This document shows positions 10,624 to 26,503 of a stretch of DNA of 64,000 nucleotides, one piece after another. A model generated the notes under the pieces. That model was given only the letters and a program-made list of their open reading frames with translations. It ran no database searches and had not been told where the DNA came from. Every line of letters begins with the position of its first letter. Positions within the stretch are counted from its first letter, which is position 1. A program made the translations under genes and the position numbers. The DNA is taken from sequence record PP620640. One strand, given 5' to 3'. This stretch comes from Escherichia phage fKMPT1.

Positions 10624-11022
10624 ATGAAAACAGAATCTAGAGTAATTAATGGTAAGAAAGTAAATATCATTCTGCTTGGGGCAAGAGATGGTATTAAGAT
10701 GTCTATGAAGTTGGGTAAAATTGTTGTTCCAACATTTGCACAGATGCTGTCAAGCCTGACTGATAAAGATAAGAAAGAAGTCCCAATGGTTCCATTTAAA
10801 GAACTTGTTGAGGCTTGTTTTGACAGAATTGAAGAAATTAACCTTGAAGAAATGGCTACCCTGCTATTTCAAGGGGCAACTGTTGATGACTTCCCACTTA
10901 ATATTGATACATACTTCCAAGCAAACTATGGTGAATTTATTGATTACTTAGCATTTGCGCTGGAGGCAAACTTCGGAAGTTTTTTCGAAGCAAGCATTTT
11001 CAAAAGCCTAACTTCTCAGTAA
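10624..11022 (+). CDS. Tail assembly chaperone (candidate)
   Basis: 132-aa ORF in the conserved position between tube and tape measure genes. Confidence 0.4.
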   Translation: MKTESRVINGKKVNIILLGARDGIKMSMKLGKIVVPTFAQMLSSLTDKDKKEVPMVPFKELVEACFDRIEEINLEEMATLLFQGATVDDFPLNIDTYFQANYGEFIDYLAFALEANFGSFFEASIFKSLTSQ

Positions 11023-11024
11023 AC

Positions 11025-11263
11025 ATGGGTAACACTCTACAGACACCACTAACTGATGCTGCTGTAGAGGCAACCTATGAAGAAGCAGACGAGATGAAAT
11101 TTGTGCTTGCTATTTATGGTATGGAAGGGTGTAAAGAAACACTTGACCAACTCTTTGCTATGACATTCTCTGATTTATTATCATTGAGACAATTTCTTGA
11201 AATTCAGAGGTCGTATAAAGAGGAAATTGCTTACAACGAACTTAGAAGAGCAGGAAAAATGTA

Positions 11264-11264
<1 letters not shown>
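11025..11264 (+). CDS. Tail assembly chaperone partner / small tail protein (candidate)
   Basis: 79-aa acidic ORF immediately upstream of tape measure, coupled stop-start. Confidence 0.35.
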
Positions 11265-16666
<5,402 letters not shown>

Positions 16667-16667
<1 letters not shown>

Positions 16668-18136
16668 TGGCAGGATTAACTACAACAGGATTACAAACTC
16701 TAAGATATCAGGAAATTTTTGATAATATCAAATCAAGACTTCTTAGAGATATTTCACCCAACCTTGACGTTTCTGAAGATAGCCAATTAGGACTCTTCCT
16801 AGCTTCAATTGCGAGGTCTTTAGCAGATACTCATGAGATTCTATCAGAAATCTACGATGGGGGTACAATTGATAAGGCTGAAGGCTTTAACCTTGATGAT
16901 ATTACAGCTTTAAATGCGGTATACAGATATGTTGCTCAGGCAACAAGAGGCCAAGTTGAGTTTACTGGAACGACTGGTGCTACCATTCCTTCAACAACAA
17001 GATTAAGAAGTACTGCCGGAAACATCTTTTATCCAGTTAATAATATTACCCTTACTCCATCATATTGTGTTGAAGCTATTCTTGAAGTTAACTCTTTACG
17101 AACTGATGCAGATTATGTTATTATTATTGATAACGTCATTTTCTCATATAAACCAACCTCATCAGACACAATCACCACGCTTCTAACAAAATTATCAGAA
17201 GCTATTAATGGTGGTATTGTAGCAAAAGCAGAAGTCATTAATGATGGAGCCGCACTAAGAGTCTATAAAGACGAGGGTGATATCATTGCAAGAACAAACC
17301 CTATGGTTGTCACTGCAACAACGTTTCTGACCTTTACAAAAATTACAACTATTTCAGATGTAGTAGCTGAAGAGGTTGGTGCTACCCCCGCTTTGGCTGG
17401 TACGCTTATTGAGATTGAGACAACTGTTGATGGTCTTGACAGTATTTATAACAGGTATGACTTAACAACTGGTAGAAACGAAGAAACTGACACAGAACTT
17501 AGACAGAGATATTTAGAATCTTTAGCAGTTACTGGTGTAGGGACTTTAGATGCAATTGTAGCTGCTGTTAAAAGAGTTCAAGGTGTCTCAGATGCTTCAG
17601 GTGTTGAAAATGATACTGAAGAGACAAACTCAGAAGGTCTTCCACCAAAATCTTTTAAGATTGTTGTAGTTGGTGGTCAAAATGATAATGTTGCTCAAGC
17701 AATCTGGGATACAAAACCTGCTGGTATTAGGGCTTATGGCTCAATTTTTGGTACAGCCTATGATTTAGGTGGTTTGGCACATAATATTTATTTTAGCAGA
17801 CCAACACCAAAATACGCATTTGTTAAAGTTTCTTACTCTTTATATGATGAAGAAAGCTTAACAATCCCTGAAGAGGATATCAGAGACAGTATTGTACAAG
17901 GTATTAATGCCTATGGAAGAACGCTTAAGGTTGGTAATGATGTTATCCCTAACAGAATCTACGGATATATCTATGACGCAATCAAAGGTATTGAGGTTAA
18001 TGAGGTTAAAGTAGCCTTATCAAACAGTCAATCAGTTCCACCTAGTGACGGGCAGTATACTACAGCAAGAATTACTGTTGACGGTGACCAATATACTGTT
18101 TGGGAAAGCAGCCAGTATACCATCACTAAGGAGTAA
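16667..18136 (+). CDS. Baseplate wedge protein, gpJ-like (candidate)
   Basis: 489-aa ORF in baseplate cluster. Confidence 0.4.
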
Positions 18137-18138
18137 TA

Positions 18139-18993
18139 ATGTTTGAAAAGATTGATAGTGTTTATTACAAAACACTTGATGAACGAACTGTAACACAGTT
18201 TAAAGATAAGTTTATCTACACAAGTATCTTGAAAGCAATCACTGATGAATTACAAACTCTAGAGGATGTTTGCTGGCAGATGCACACAGAGAGAAATATC
18301 AGGACGTCAGTAGGTCAACAGCTTGATAATATTGGCTCACTGATTAAAGTTCCTAGACCTTTAGGTGCAGATGATGAAACATATAGAGCCATGCTTTATA
18401 TCCAAATCTTCCTAAGACGCTCTGATACTACTCCAACATTCTTGCAAAAAGCAATTATGACACTATATGGTGCAACTTTCTCTCAGATTTTTGAGCATAT
18501 TACTCCCAAGACTGGTGGCATCGTTATCCGTGTTAACACCAGAAAAAACGTTCTTGATGCTGCATATACACTATCAAAGATTTCTGCAACAACTACTGGT
18601 TCTGCTGTTATCTTAAGAGATGTTACTTTAAATGGGACTGCTTGGACACCTGTAGAGGTTGCTGATTCAGCACTTGCTATTGTGGATGATAAAGAGAACT
18701 GGTTTGTAACTGATGCTAACAGAGGTCTTGTTACAAATAACACTGGTGGCTCTCTGGAGTTCAACTTAGTAGGTAGTCTTGCAGATGCTGGTGTTATTGA
18801 TGGTTACTTTAGGGTTGACAGAACAGCAAACTCACAGAGCGATGATTATATGACTGTAGATAGGTCTAATAATAGTGGCTATTTCATCGTTGGTAAAGAA
18901 GCTATTGCAGGTGGTGCATACGGAGTCATGGCTGAGGTTGCACAAATTGTCAAAGGCAGAAAAGATAAATCACAACAAGAAGGAAATTCTTAA
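18139..18993 (+). CDS. Baseplate protein, gpI-like (candidate)
   Basis: 284-aa ORF preceding tail fiber genes. Confidence 0.35.
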   Translation: MFEKIDSVYYKTLDERTVTQFKDKFIYTSILKAITDELQTLEDVCWQMHTERNIRTSVGQQLDNIGSLIKVPRPLGADDETYRAMLYIQIFLRRSDTTPTFLQKAIMTLYGATFSQIFEHITPKTGGIVIRVNTRKNVLDAAYTLSKISATTTGSAVILRDVTLNGTAWTPVEVADSALAIVDDKENWFVTDANRGLVTNNTGGSLEFNLVGSLADAGVIDGYFRVDRTANSQSDDYMTVDRSNNSGYFIVGKEAIAGGAYGVMAEVAQIVKGRKDKSQQEGNS

Positions 18994-19295
18994 TGGCAGT
19001 TTTAAATTGGTCTACAAATGAAGTAGATACTGATGGTAACCAGTTAAAAGTTTTACCACCACCGGAAGTTCAAGAGACAGGTCTTTTAAAGGGTGAACCT
19101 ATGGGTAGGCAGTGGTTCAACTATATTATCAACTACCTACTGAATAAAGTAAACGGCACTGTTGGTGAAGTTCGCTCATATGCAACTCAGCAACCAGATT
19201 TAGTAGCCAATGGCTGGAAACTAATTAAGTCTGAGACAGGTACTGCAACAACAAGTACAAAGAACCTTTACACATATGAATATGTAGGAGCTTAA
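18993..19295 (+). CDS. Hypothetical tail protein
   Basis: 100-aa ORF, coupled start. Confidence 0.35.
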   Translation: MAVLNWSTNEVDTDGNQLKVLPPPEVQETGLLKGEPMGRQWFNYIINYLLNKVNGTVGEVRSYATQQPDLVANGWKLIKSETGTATTSTKNLYTYEYVGA

Positions 19296-19297
19296 TA

Positions 19298-20473
19298 ATG
19301 GCAGTCGGTGAAATTCAAATTAGTGCCTTGCCACAAGCGGCATTACCTGTTGATTTAAGTGATATCTTCCATCTTAAGCAAGGTGTTGAGGATAAAAGAT
19401 GTACGCTTGAACAGTTGTTAGCACCTCACGCATCTTTGAGGAATAATCCTCATGGTGTAACCAAATCGCAAGTGGGTCTTGATAATGTTATTAACTCTCT
19501 TCAATTAGTTGCAGCTAATAACTTGTCAGACATTGTGAATGTTGCTGAGGCAAGAGCGAATCTGCAAATTATGTCTTCAGATGAAGTGAACAGTTTAATT
19601 AAGAGACATATCGACGACAAAAGTAACCCACACAATACAACTAAAGCACAGGTTGGGTTAAGTAATGTTCAGAACTGGACAACATCAAACCTGTACAATG
19701 AAGATGCTGATAAATATGCTACTGCGAGAGCAGTGAATAATTTATACAAAGCTATCCAAGCATCATATCCAGTAGGGACTATTCATCTATCTGTTAACTC
19801 TGCTAACCCATCTACTTACTTGCTTTGTGGTGGTACTTGGGAGTTAGTCTCTAAAGGTAAGGCACTAGTTGGTTATGATACAGATTCTAGACCTGTTGGT
19901 TCAACGTTTGGTTCTCAGACTGTAGCATTAACAAATAATAATTTACCAGCACACACCCACTCTATCTATTTAACAGGTGGTGGTCATACACACTCTGCAA
20001 GTGTATCTATCTCTAGTTTCGACTATGGTTCAAAAAGTACATCGACTTTTGACTACGGTACGAAGGCAACTAACAGTGCTGGTGCTCACACCCACACATT
20101 TAGTGGAACGACAAGTAATGCTGGTAACCACAACCATAGAGTACCTATGAGGGGTAACGACAGAAGTGGGTCAAATGCTATTACTGCATCTGCTGATGCT
20201 GGTGTTGGGTATGCTGTGTATACTGATTTGGCTGGTGCTCATACTCATAGCTTCTCAGGTACAACTGCATCATCTGGTGCTCACAGTCATACTGTCGCAA
20301 TTGGTGCTCACAGTCACACTGTTAATATTGGTTCACACAGTCATACAGGGTCTGTTACTGTTTCTAGCTCCGAGCATACACACTCAGGAACATCTGGTTC
20401 TGTTGGTGGTGGGCAGGCTTTCAGTGTTGAGCAGCCATCTTTTGTAGTATATGTGTGGCAGAGAACAGCTTAA
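19298..20473 (+). CDS. Tail fiber protein with phage-tail-fibre repeats and His-x-His repeat tip
   Basis: 391 aa; two copies of NPH(G/N)xTK(S/A)QVGLxNV motif (tail fibre repeat); C-terminal array of HTHS/HSHT/HNHR motifs (AHTHSFSGTTASSGAHSHTVAIGAHSHTVNIGSHSHTG) as in T4 gp37 metal-binding tip; ends ...VWQRTA. Confidence 0.75.
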   Translation: MAVGEIQISALPQAALPVDLSDIFHLKQGVEDKRCTLEQLLAPHASLRNNPHGVTKSQVGLDNVINSLQLVAANNLSDIVNVAEARANLQIMSSDEVNSLIKRHIDDKSNPHNTTKAQVGLSNVQNWTTSNLYNEDADKYATARAVNNLYKAIQASYPVGTIHLSVNSANPSTYLLCGGTWELVSKGKALVGYDTDSRPVGSTFGSQTVALTNNNLPAHTHSIYLTGGGHTHSASVSISSFDYGSKSTSTFDYGTKATNSAGAHTHTFSGTTSNAGNHNHRVPMRGNDRSGSNAITASADAGVGYAVYTDLAGAHTHSFSGTTASSGAHSHTVAIGAHSHTVNIGSHSHTGSVTVSSSEHTHSGTSGSVGGGQAFSVEQPSFVVYVWQRTA

Positions 20474-20482
20474 TTTCTTTAC

Positions 20483-20503
20483 AGGGGCTTTGTAGCCCCT
20501 TTT
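20483..20503 (+). terminator. Rho-independent terminator
   Basis: aggggct-ttgt-agcccct hairpin followed by TTTT. Confidence 0.6.
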
Positions 20504-20519
20504 AAGAGGAAAATTTATA

Positions 20520-22898
20520 ATGGCAGATTACAAATTGAGTCAATTAAACTCAATCGACACAATTCGTTCAGAAGACCTATTGCACATCAGAGTTAAGAAA
20601 AGACCTGAAATGTTGGGTGACGAAGACCGTAGAATGACCTATCAAGACTTCTTAGCTTCCTTCAAGCTAGAAAGGTTTGTTCAGATTGCTGGGAGTACTA
20701 TGGTTGGGGATTTAGGTATTGTCAAGTTACTTTACGGTGGTAAGGCAGTATTTGACCCAACAGGCTCTTCTGAGATTACTATTGGGGATATTTTAAAGAC
20801 TTTTAAAATTAACTCAAATGGGCTTAAACTCACTATTGCAGATGCCACAAGGTCGGCAACTGTTTATCATACTTTGAATAAACCAAGCCCTAATGAACTT
20901 GGTATGAGAACTAATGAAGAGAATGATGCAAGATATGCAAGGCTTGCTGTTACAAACACATTCTCTGGGACTCAGAACATTCAAGGTGATGCTAACTTAC
21001 TTCGCCTTAGAAACCGAAATGCAAACAATGCACAATACATTGAAGGTGTGAACCTAGATGGTTCAGCTAGATGGTGGGTTGGTATTGGTAGCAATGGTTC
21101 TGACGAAGTAAAACTGTACAATAACAAATACAACTCAGTCTTGACTGTTGCAAGTAATATCTCTGTTAATAAGTCTTTAGCAATCACTGGACAAGTCCAA
21201 CCTTCAGATTTCTCTAACTTAGATGCTAGATACTTTACTCAGACAGTTGCTAATCAGAGATTTGCACAGTTAGCTGCTAATAATAATTTTACTGGAACAA
21301 ACACGTTCAGCAGAAACCTCACCATCATCAGTGATAGTGCTGCTTTAAGGTTGAAAAATGCAACAGCTAGCTCACTATTCATTCAGGGTGTTGGCCCCCA
21401 GAACACTAACAGGTGGTATGTAGGAAACGGGGATAACACAGCCTCTGTGCTGCTACACAACTATGTACACGGTTCAAATATCAGGCTTGATAATGGTTAT
21501 ATCTCAGTCAACCAGAACTTCAGAATCACTGGACAAGTTCAACCTTCAGATTGGGCTAACATTGACTCTAGATATATTCCAGCAGCAACATTAAGTACGA
21601 TTGCAAGAACTAATGCACAAAATACTTTTAATGGTGTACAGAAAGTTGTTGCGGATAATGAAGCCCTGATTTTTAAAAACTCTACTCAGAACAGACCATT
21701 GTATATCCGTGGTGTGGACACTGCTAATGTTTCAAGATGGTGGGTAGGTGTTGGTGGTGCTGATACGAATGATGTTACCCTAAATAACAGTTATTCTGGA
21801 ACCCAATTGGTTCTCGGAAATACAACATCATACATTAACAAAACATTGGCTATTGCTGGACAAGTCCAACCTTCAGATTTCTCTAACTTAGATGCCAGAT
21901 ATTATACACAATCTGTTGCGAACTCTAGGTACATGCTTGCTGTCTCTTCTGGCACTGGTACAGAGGTAGGTGATAGTGATGGAATTGCTTGGAATGCTAA
22001 AACTGGTCTGTATAATGTTACAGGGAAATCTGGTGGTTCAACACAACTGGTCTACCATATGTATCAGGGTAGCAGTTCTACACCAGCAGCTCAGTTAAAA
22101 TTTAACTACAACAATGGCGGTTTTTGGTATAGGTCAGCAAGAGATGATTATGGTTTTGAGAGTGCTTGGTCTAAAATCTATACAGACAAAGATAAACCAA
22201 CCCCTTCAGATATCGGTGCATACACTAAAACTGAAACTGACCAGAAGATTGCACAGGCTATCAGTGACTCTACAGACCTGAATAAAATCTACCCAGTAGG
22301 TATCGTGACATGGTTTAATAGTAATGTTAACCCTAATACAGCACTTCCTGGTCTAACTTGGACGTACCTGAATAATGGTGTTGGCAGAACTATTAGAATT
22401 GCAGCAGCAAATGGTTCAGATGTTGCTACAACTGGTGGTTCAGACTCTGTAACGTTATCTGTTGGTAACTTACCTTCACACACACATAGTTTCTCTGCCA
22501 CCACTTCATCATTTGACTATGGTACTAAATCTACTAGCAACACAGGTGCGCATACCCACAGTGTCAGTGGGACAGCCGCATCGTCAGGTAATCACTACCA
22601 CACTTATATTGGCGATGACTCTCTTTATAACAGAAAATTGGCGACCAGAGATAGCCTGGTCAACTGGGATTGTGGTGATGGAACGGGGAACGGAGGAAAC
22701 TACCGCACTAGCACGTCCGGCGCACATACCCATAGTGTCAGTGGGACAGCAGCTTCTTCTGGTGCACACGCACATACTGTTGGTATTGGTGCTCACAGCC
22801 ACACAGTTAGTGGTAACACAGGTGGTACTGGTTCTGGTTCAGCATTTAGTGTTACTAACCAGTTCTACAAGTTAATGGCTTGGGTAAGAACTGCTTAA
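20520..22898 (+). CDS. Long tail fiber protein with three internal repeats and His-x-His repeat tip
   Basis: 792 aa; three ~110-aa repeats each containing ITGQVQPSD(F/W)(S/A)N(L/I)D(A/S)RY; C-terminal HTHS/HYHT/HAHT/HSHT array; C-terminus ...AWVRTA paralogous to upstream fiber. Confidence 0.75.
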   Translation: MADYKLSQLNSIDTIRSEDLLHIRVKKRPEMLGDEDRRMTYQDFLASFKLERFVQIAGSTMVGDLGIVKLLYGGKAVFDPTGSSEITIGDILKTFKINSNGLKLTIADATRSATVYHTLNKPSPNELGMRTNEENDARYARLAVTNTFSGTQNIQGDANLLRLRNRNANNAQYIEGVNLDGSARWWVGIGSNGSDEVKLYNNKYNSVLTVASNISVNKSLAITGQVQPSDFSNLDARYFTQTVANQRFAQLAANNNFTGTNTFSRNLTIISDSAALRLKNATASSLFIQGVGPQNTNRWYVGNGDNTASVLLHNYVHGSNIRLDNGYISVNQNFRITGQVQPSDWANIDSRYIPAATLSTIARTNAQNTFNGVQKVVADNEALIFKNSTQNRPLYIRGVDTANVSRWWVGVGGADTNDVTLNNSYSGTQLVLGNTTSYINKTLAIAGQVQPSDFSNLDARYYTQSVANSRYMLAVSSGTGTEVGDSDGIAWNAKTGLYNVTGKSGGSTQLVYHMYQGSSSTPAAQLKFNYNNGGFWYRSARDDYGFESAWSKIYTDKDKPTPSDIGAYTKTETDQKIAQAISDSTDLNKIYPVGIVTWFNSNVNPNTALPGLTWTYLNNGVGRTIRIAAANGSDVATTGGSDSVTLSVGNLPSHTHSFSATTSSFDYGTKSTSNTGAHTHSVSGTAASSGNHYHTYIGDDSLYNRKLATRDSLVNWDCGDGTGNGGNYRTSTSGAHTHSVSGTAASSGAHAHTVGIGAHSHTVSGNTGGTGSGSAFSVTNQFYKLMAWVRTA

Positions 22899-22905
22899 TC
22901 CCTTG

Positions 22906-22934
22906 TTGACTGATTGTTAAGATGGTGTTAATAT
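22906..22934 (+). promoter_or_regulatory. Sigma70-like promoter (TTGACT-17 bp-TAATAT) overlapped by 9-bp inverted repeat
   Basis: -35 TTGACT at 22906-22911, 17-bp spacer, -10 TAATAT at 22929-22934; inverted repeat aagatggtg (22919-22927) / caccatctt (22951-22959). Confidence 0.45.
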
Positions 22935-22977
22935 TCTTTATGGGTGTTCTCACCATCTTGGCTGATGAGGTGATTAA

Positions 22978-23175
22978 ATGCCTACAATCCTAGCAATTCT
23001 TCTAAAAAATCTAGGTAGCTTCTTCTGGAAACTCGTTTTATCCCTTCTAAGTGAATACATGATTGAGAAAGTGTTCTTTAGGCTTGCAAGATATCTTGCG
23101 AGTAAGACAGATACACCTATTGATGATGAGTTCGTAGATAACTTAGAAAAAGCTTTTAAGGGGGAGAATAAATGA
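22978..23175 (+). CDS. Small membrane protein (holin/antiholin-class candidate)
   Basis: 65 aa, N-terminal hydrophobic helix ILAILLKNLGSFFWKLVLSLL; RBS GATGAGG. Confidence 0.3.
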   Translation: MPTILAILLKNLGSFFWKLVLSLLSEYMIEKVFFRLARYLASKTDTPIDDEFVDNLEKAFKGENK

Positions 23176-23543
23176 AGTGGCTAGAGGAAGCTTTTAAAAA
23201 TAATATTGGTGCAATTGTAGTTGGTATTTTTAGTGTTATCGGAATGTATACCACGATGCAGGTTTCAAGTGGTAAACAAGAGGTGTCTGTCAAAACAAAG
23301 TTACAACAGTTGGATAATTACACAAGTAGTAACTATTCAGCTATTCGTGATTTACAGTCTGACATTAGGCTTATCCAGTTAGGGATGGAGAACCAGAAAG
23401 TCCAGTTAGAGAATGTTAAGGGTGAGAACGCAAAACTTACTAAAACCCTTGATAAATTCTCTGACAGCGTGAACAATCTGGCTCAATCAGTATCAGCCCT
23501 CCAAGCTATTACTGAAAAGAACACAAAGAATACTGAAAAGTAA
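23172..23543 (+). CDS. Membrane-anchored protein, T4 t-like holin candidate
   Basis: 123 aa; single N-terminal TM (IGAIVVGIFSVIGMYTTM) followed by helical soluble domain; located directly after tail fiber genes as holin t is in T4. Confidence 0.35.
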   Translation: MKWLEEAFKNNIGAIVVGIFSVIGMYTTMQVSSGKQEVSVKTKLQQLDNYTSSNYSAIRDLQSDIRLIQLGMENQKVQLENVKGENAKLTKTLDKFSDSVNNLAQSVSALQAITEKNTKNTEK

Positions 23544-23548
23544 AGTTT

Positions 23549-23576
23549 AAGGCTCCTTTTTACGGGAGCCTTTTTG
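23549..23576. terminator. Bidirectional intrinsic terminator between convergent genes
   Basis: ggctcc-loop-ggagcc hairpin flanked by A-run upstream and TTTTTGTTTT downstream. Confidence 0.65.
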
Positions 23577-23579
23577 TTT

Positions 23580-24479
23580 TTACTTACCTACTGACAGAGG
23601 TGCTTCAATCTTACCTGCATGTTGGTAGTTATTAATCCCACCAATAAAGTCACTTGCAGTAAGATGTTTCAGGTCACTTAAAGTATTAAGTGGTAGACCA
23701 ATCTCAAAAGTTGGTGCATGGAACTCTTCATTGTTCATCAGTTCATAAACCTGCTTCATATGGTTCTGATAAATTTGAGTATCTCCAAAGACACCTATCA
23801 AGTACCGTGGAGTGTATCCGGTCATCTTGCAAAGAACTTCCAGAATAAAACCATAAGAGGCAATATTAAATGGAAGTCCTAAGAAGGTGTCTACTGAACG
23901 CTGATACCATTGTAAGTCAACTTCACCCTCGTTAGTGATATAAATCTGAAACAGTACATGACAAGGTGCTAAAGCCATTGAGTTCGCTGCAATATCTGCT
24001 GCATTCCAAGCATTAACAAGCATGTAACGGTCTGTGATATCACCCTTCATCTTCGTTACTAAGGTCTCTAGCTGGTCTACAACACAACCGTTATGACCTT
24101 CGAAGTTTCTCCACTGAACCCCATAGATTCTCCCACCTGCATCCTCTAACCAATCTTGTTCAGAAGAATAATTAGAGCTTAACCAGCGTTTAAAATCATC
24201 TGACCAGATAGTCCAGCGTTCTCCGTCATTTTCACCCCAAGTACGGTAACGAAGTTCACCAAGCTTATTCTCACCATTCAGGAACCATAAAGCTTCCCCA
24301 ATAACTTGCCGTGTAAACACCTGTTTAGATGTTAATAGCGGGAAACCAGTTCGCATATCAAAACGAAACTGAGGTGGAGCAAATGCAGAGATAACATCTC
24401 CAGTTCGTGTAGTACGCAGTTCACCAACGGATAAAACATGGTTCAGGATATTTTTGTAACTTGTATCTGCTTGTGACAT
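23580..24479 (-). CDS. thyA: Thymidylate synthase (ThyA/Td family)
   Basis: 299 aa; near-collinear with E. coli ThyA: RTGDV, FPLLTSK, WFLNG, YGVQWR, MALAPCH catalytic Cys, YQRSVDTFLGLPFNIASY, GDTQIYQNH. Confidence 0.85.
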   Translation of the reverse strand: MSQADTSYKNILNHVLSVGELRTTRTGDVISAFAPPQFRFDMRTGFPLLTSKQVFTRQVIGEALWFLNGENKLGELRYRTWGENDGERWTIWSDDFKRWLSSNYSSEQDWLEDAGGRIYGVQWRNFEGHNGCVVDQLETLVTKMKGDITDRYMLVNAWNAADIAANSMALAPCHVLFQIYITNEGEVDLQWYQRSVDTFLGLPFNIASYGFILEVLCKMTGYTPRYLIGVFGDTQIYQNHMKQVYELMNNEEFHAPTFEIGLPLNTLSDLKHLTASDFIGGINNYQHAGKIEAPLSVGK

Positions 24480-24480
24480 A

Positions 24481-25026
24481 TCAAAAGTGTCCTTTTACTT
24501 GTGGAACATAAATTTCAAAGGTTGCTTTACCATCCTCTGATGGTTTTGACTGTACCTTTGTAAATACACGGTTATCATACAGCTTCTCGAAGAAGTTTTC
24601 AAAAGGTAAATGCACAGTGGTCTCTTCAGTAACTTTATGGAAAACTGTATGGAAAACTACACCAGCATACGGTAAAGCATTGACAAGGACACCTGCACCA
24701 CCAATTACAAAGACATCTTCATCAATAGAGCTATCAAGATAGTTCAAGAATGCTCCAAAGGATTCTTTGCTGGCCTTAGCATACATTACATCATCTTTGC
24801 CAAAATCTATGCCTAAATATGGTACAGAATTTGTTAAGATTAGGTTTGCACGTTCTGGTAAAGGTTTACTCCCCAGAGTCTTGAAAGTTTCATTACCCAT
24901 CACTACTAAGTTGTTTTTAGTGAGTCTCTTAAACTCTTGCATGTCCTGTTTATGTCGAGGCCACGGCATACCAGTTGGAGTACCAAACTCACCATTTTCA
25001 CCACTTGCAAAGATTAATTTAATCAT
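24481..25026 (-). CDS. frd: Dihydrofolate reductase
   Basis: 181 aa; N-terminal MIKLIFA...GMPWPRHKQDMQEFKRLT and VVMGNETFKTL resemble phage/bacterial DHFR; adjacent to thyA. Confidence 0.7.
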   Translation of the reverse strand: MIKLIFASGENGEFGTPTGMPWPRHKQDMQEFKRLTKNNLVVMGNETFKTLGSKPLPERANLILTNSVPYLGIDFGKDDVMYAKASKESFGAFLNYLDSSIDEDVFVIGGAGVLVNALPYAGVVFHTVFHKVTEETTVHLPFENFFEKLYDNRVFTKVQSKPSEDGKATFEIYVPQVKGHF

Positions 25027-25283
25027 TTTGTAAATCCTTTCTTAATGAACCAGTTGACAACATTCTTCACAGCTTTATTGCTATGATAGATTAAGTGTGG
25101 TGTAGGTTGGTATGAACCATAGGCCCAGAAAGCAATAATTTCACTACACCCTGTACACCTTGTACTCTCTTCAGCAATATGACCGTTGACTATTTCACTC
25201 ACCTCACCTTGTAAGTCTGTACATCCACAATGTGGGCAACGGATAGGTGCTCCGTCAGACTCATAGCAGTGTTCAATTTTCAT
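25023..25283 (-). CDS. Small zinc-ribbon protein
   Basis: 86 aa with CPHCGC ... CTGC cysteine pairs. Confidence 0.4.
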   Translation of the reverse strand: MKIEHCYESDGAPIRCPHCGCTDLQGEVSEIVNGHIAEESTRCTGCSEIIAFWAYGSYQPTPHLIYHSNKAVKNVVNWFIKKGFTK

Positions 25284-25799
25284 TTATTTAACCTCAAAAA
25301 CTGGTTCAAGAACCAATATAAAGTCTACACAGTCATCTTCTTCATCCAGAATACCATCAAAGTTCTTAGGAACGAAGTCGAAGAGACTCATCACAAAGCA
25401 GTCAGAAGTAACCCTGATAGTTCCTCCGATGTTCTCTACAGTTAACACTGTACGACTTTCTTTTACCTCTCGCAAAAGATTACTCACAAAGTCATCTAAG
25501 AAGTACTTCATCAGTGATTTAAAGCCTTTAGGGTAATCTGTACCAGAGTATGTTTCAATCTGAGGTACAAGCTTAACATTTATACTAGTCTTTGTTAAGA
25601 ATGTGTTAGAGAACATACTATCAGGTAACTTACAAACAATCTTTCCAGTACCTTCATGTTCAATCTCAACAAAACCAGCTTCATCGCCACATGTAACTAT
25701 TTTAAAAGATGCTTCATTCTCACACTGTGAAGCCATAAACTTTTTAAGCATAATTTTAAGGAAATCTGCATGAGCATCTTGTAAGTAGACATCAATCAT
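25284..25799 (-). CDS. Hypothetical protein
   Basis: 171-aa ORF in tightly packed minus-strand operon. Confidence 0.4.
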   Translation of the reverse strand: MIDVYLQDAHADFLKIMLKKFMASQCENEASFKIVTCGDEAGFVEIEHEGTGKIVCKLPDSMFSNTFLTKTSINVKLVPQIETYSGTDYPKGFKSLMKYFLDDFVSNLLREVKESRTVLTVENIGGTIRVTSDCFVMSLFDFVPKNFDGILDEEDDCVDFILVLEPVFEVK

Positions 25800-25812
25800 A
25801 GTTAATCACCTA

Positions 25813-26172
25813 TTATGGGAACAGACACTTAATGTCATCATTTTTGAAAACGAAGCTTGTGTAATTGTGACCATCAACATCCAGCCAAACAGCCTGAACA
25901 TCTACACCATCAAGATTGTGGTAAATCTCTTTGATGAAGTGGTCTTTTACAATCTGGCTACTAGTTGTTTCCAGCTTAATGTTTGAGATTGCTGAACCTA
26001 CAGCCATATAACCCATGACACGTTTCTTCTCAGTATGCTTAATCTTACCATCTTTATAAGCCATAATGAGATTGGAAAGAATCTTCACACCATAATACTT
26101 TTCAAGGTGAGTAGGTACACCATAAAAGCCTAATGCGAAGTTTTCAGAGTGGATAATGTTTTCACGTTTCAT
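25813..26172 (-). CDS. Hypothetical protein
   Basis: 119-aa ORF. Confidence 0.4.
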   Translation of the reverse strand: MKRENIIHSENFALGFYGVPTHLEKYYGVKILSNLIMAYKDGKIKHTEKKRVMGYMAVGSAISNIKLETTSSQIVKDHFIKEIYHNLDGVDVQAVWLDVDGHNYTSFVFKNDDIKCLFP

Positions 26173-26173
26173 A

Positions 26174-26503
26174 TTAATCTGCCAGCCTTAAATTAAAATT
26201 AACACCAAATTTTTCGCATACTTCCAACATATACTCAAGCGAGACATTACCAGTGAGGTGGATTATGTTGGATACGCGAGCCTGAGAGATACCACAAATT
26301 TTAGCAACTTGCTCTTGAGAAAGACCTCTGGATTTAATCTCTCTCTTAAAACGATGTGCAACGAAGTCTCTCATTTCGTCTACATCCATTGGACAAATAT
26401 AACTCTCCATTTCAGCCTCTCTGTCAACCTCCCAATCATCTTGTGGAGCATAAGGGTCAAAAGTCTCATTCATCTTTCTTCTTCCGTTTGCGTGAAGTGT
26501 CAA
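26174..26503 (-). CDS. Helix-turn-helix (XRE-like) DNA-binding protein
   Basis: 109 aa; C-terminal region LSQEQVAKICGISQARVSNIIH typical HTH. Confidence 0.55.
   Translation of the reverse strand: MTLHANGRRKMNETFDPYAPQDDWEVDREAEMESYICPMDVDEMRDFVAHRFKREIKSRGLSQEQVAKICGISQARVSNIIHLTGNVSLEYMLEVCEKFGVNFNLRLAD

Noticed and set aside
20166-20447. 93-aa plus-strand ORF rich in Leu/His/Val inside the first tail fiber gene
   Set aside because: It is an alternative reading frame through the repetitive His-x-His coding region and lies wholly within the better-supported fiber CDS. The same applies to 22462-22875 inside the second fiber.
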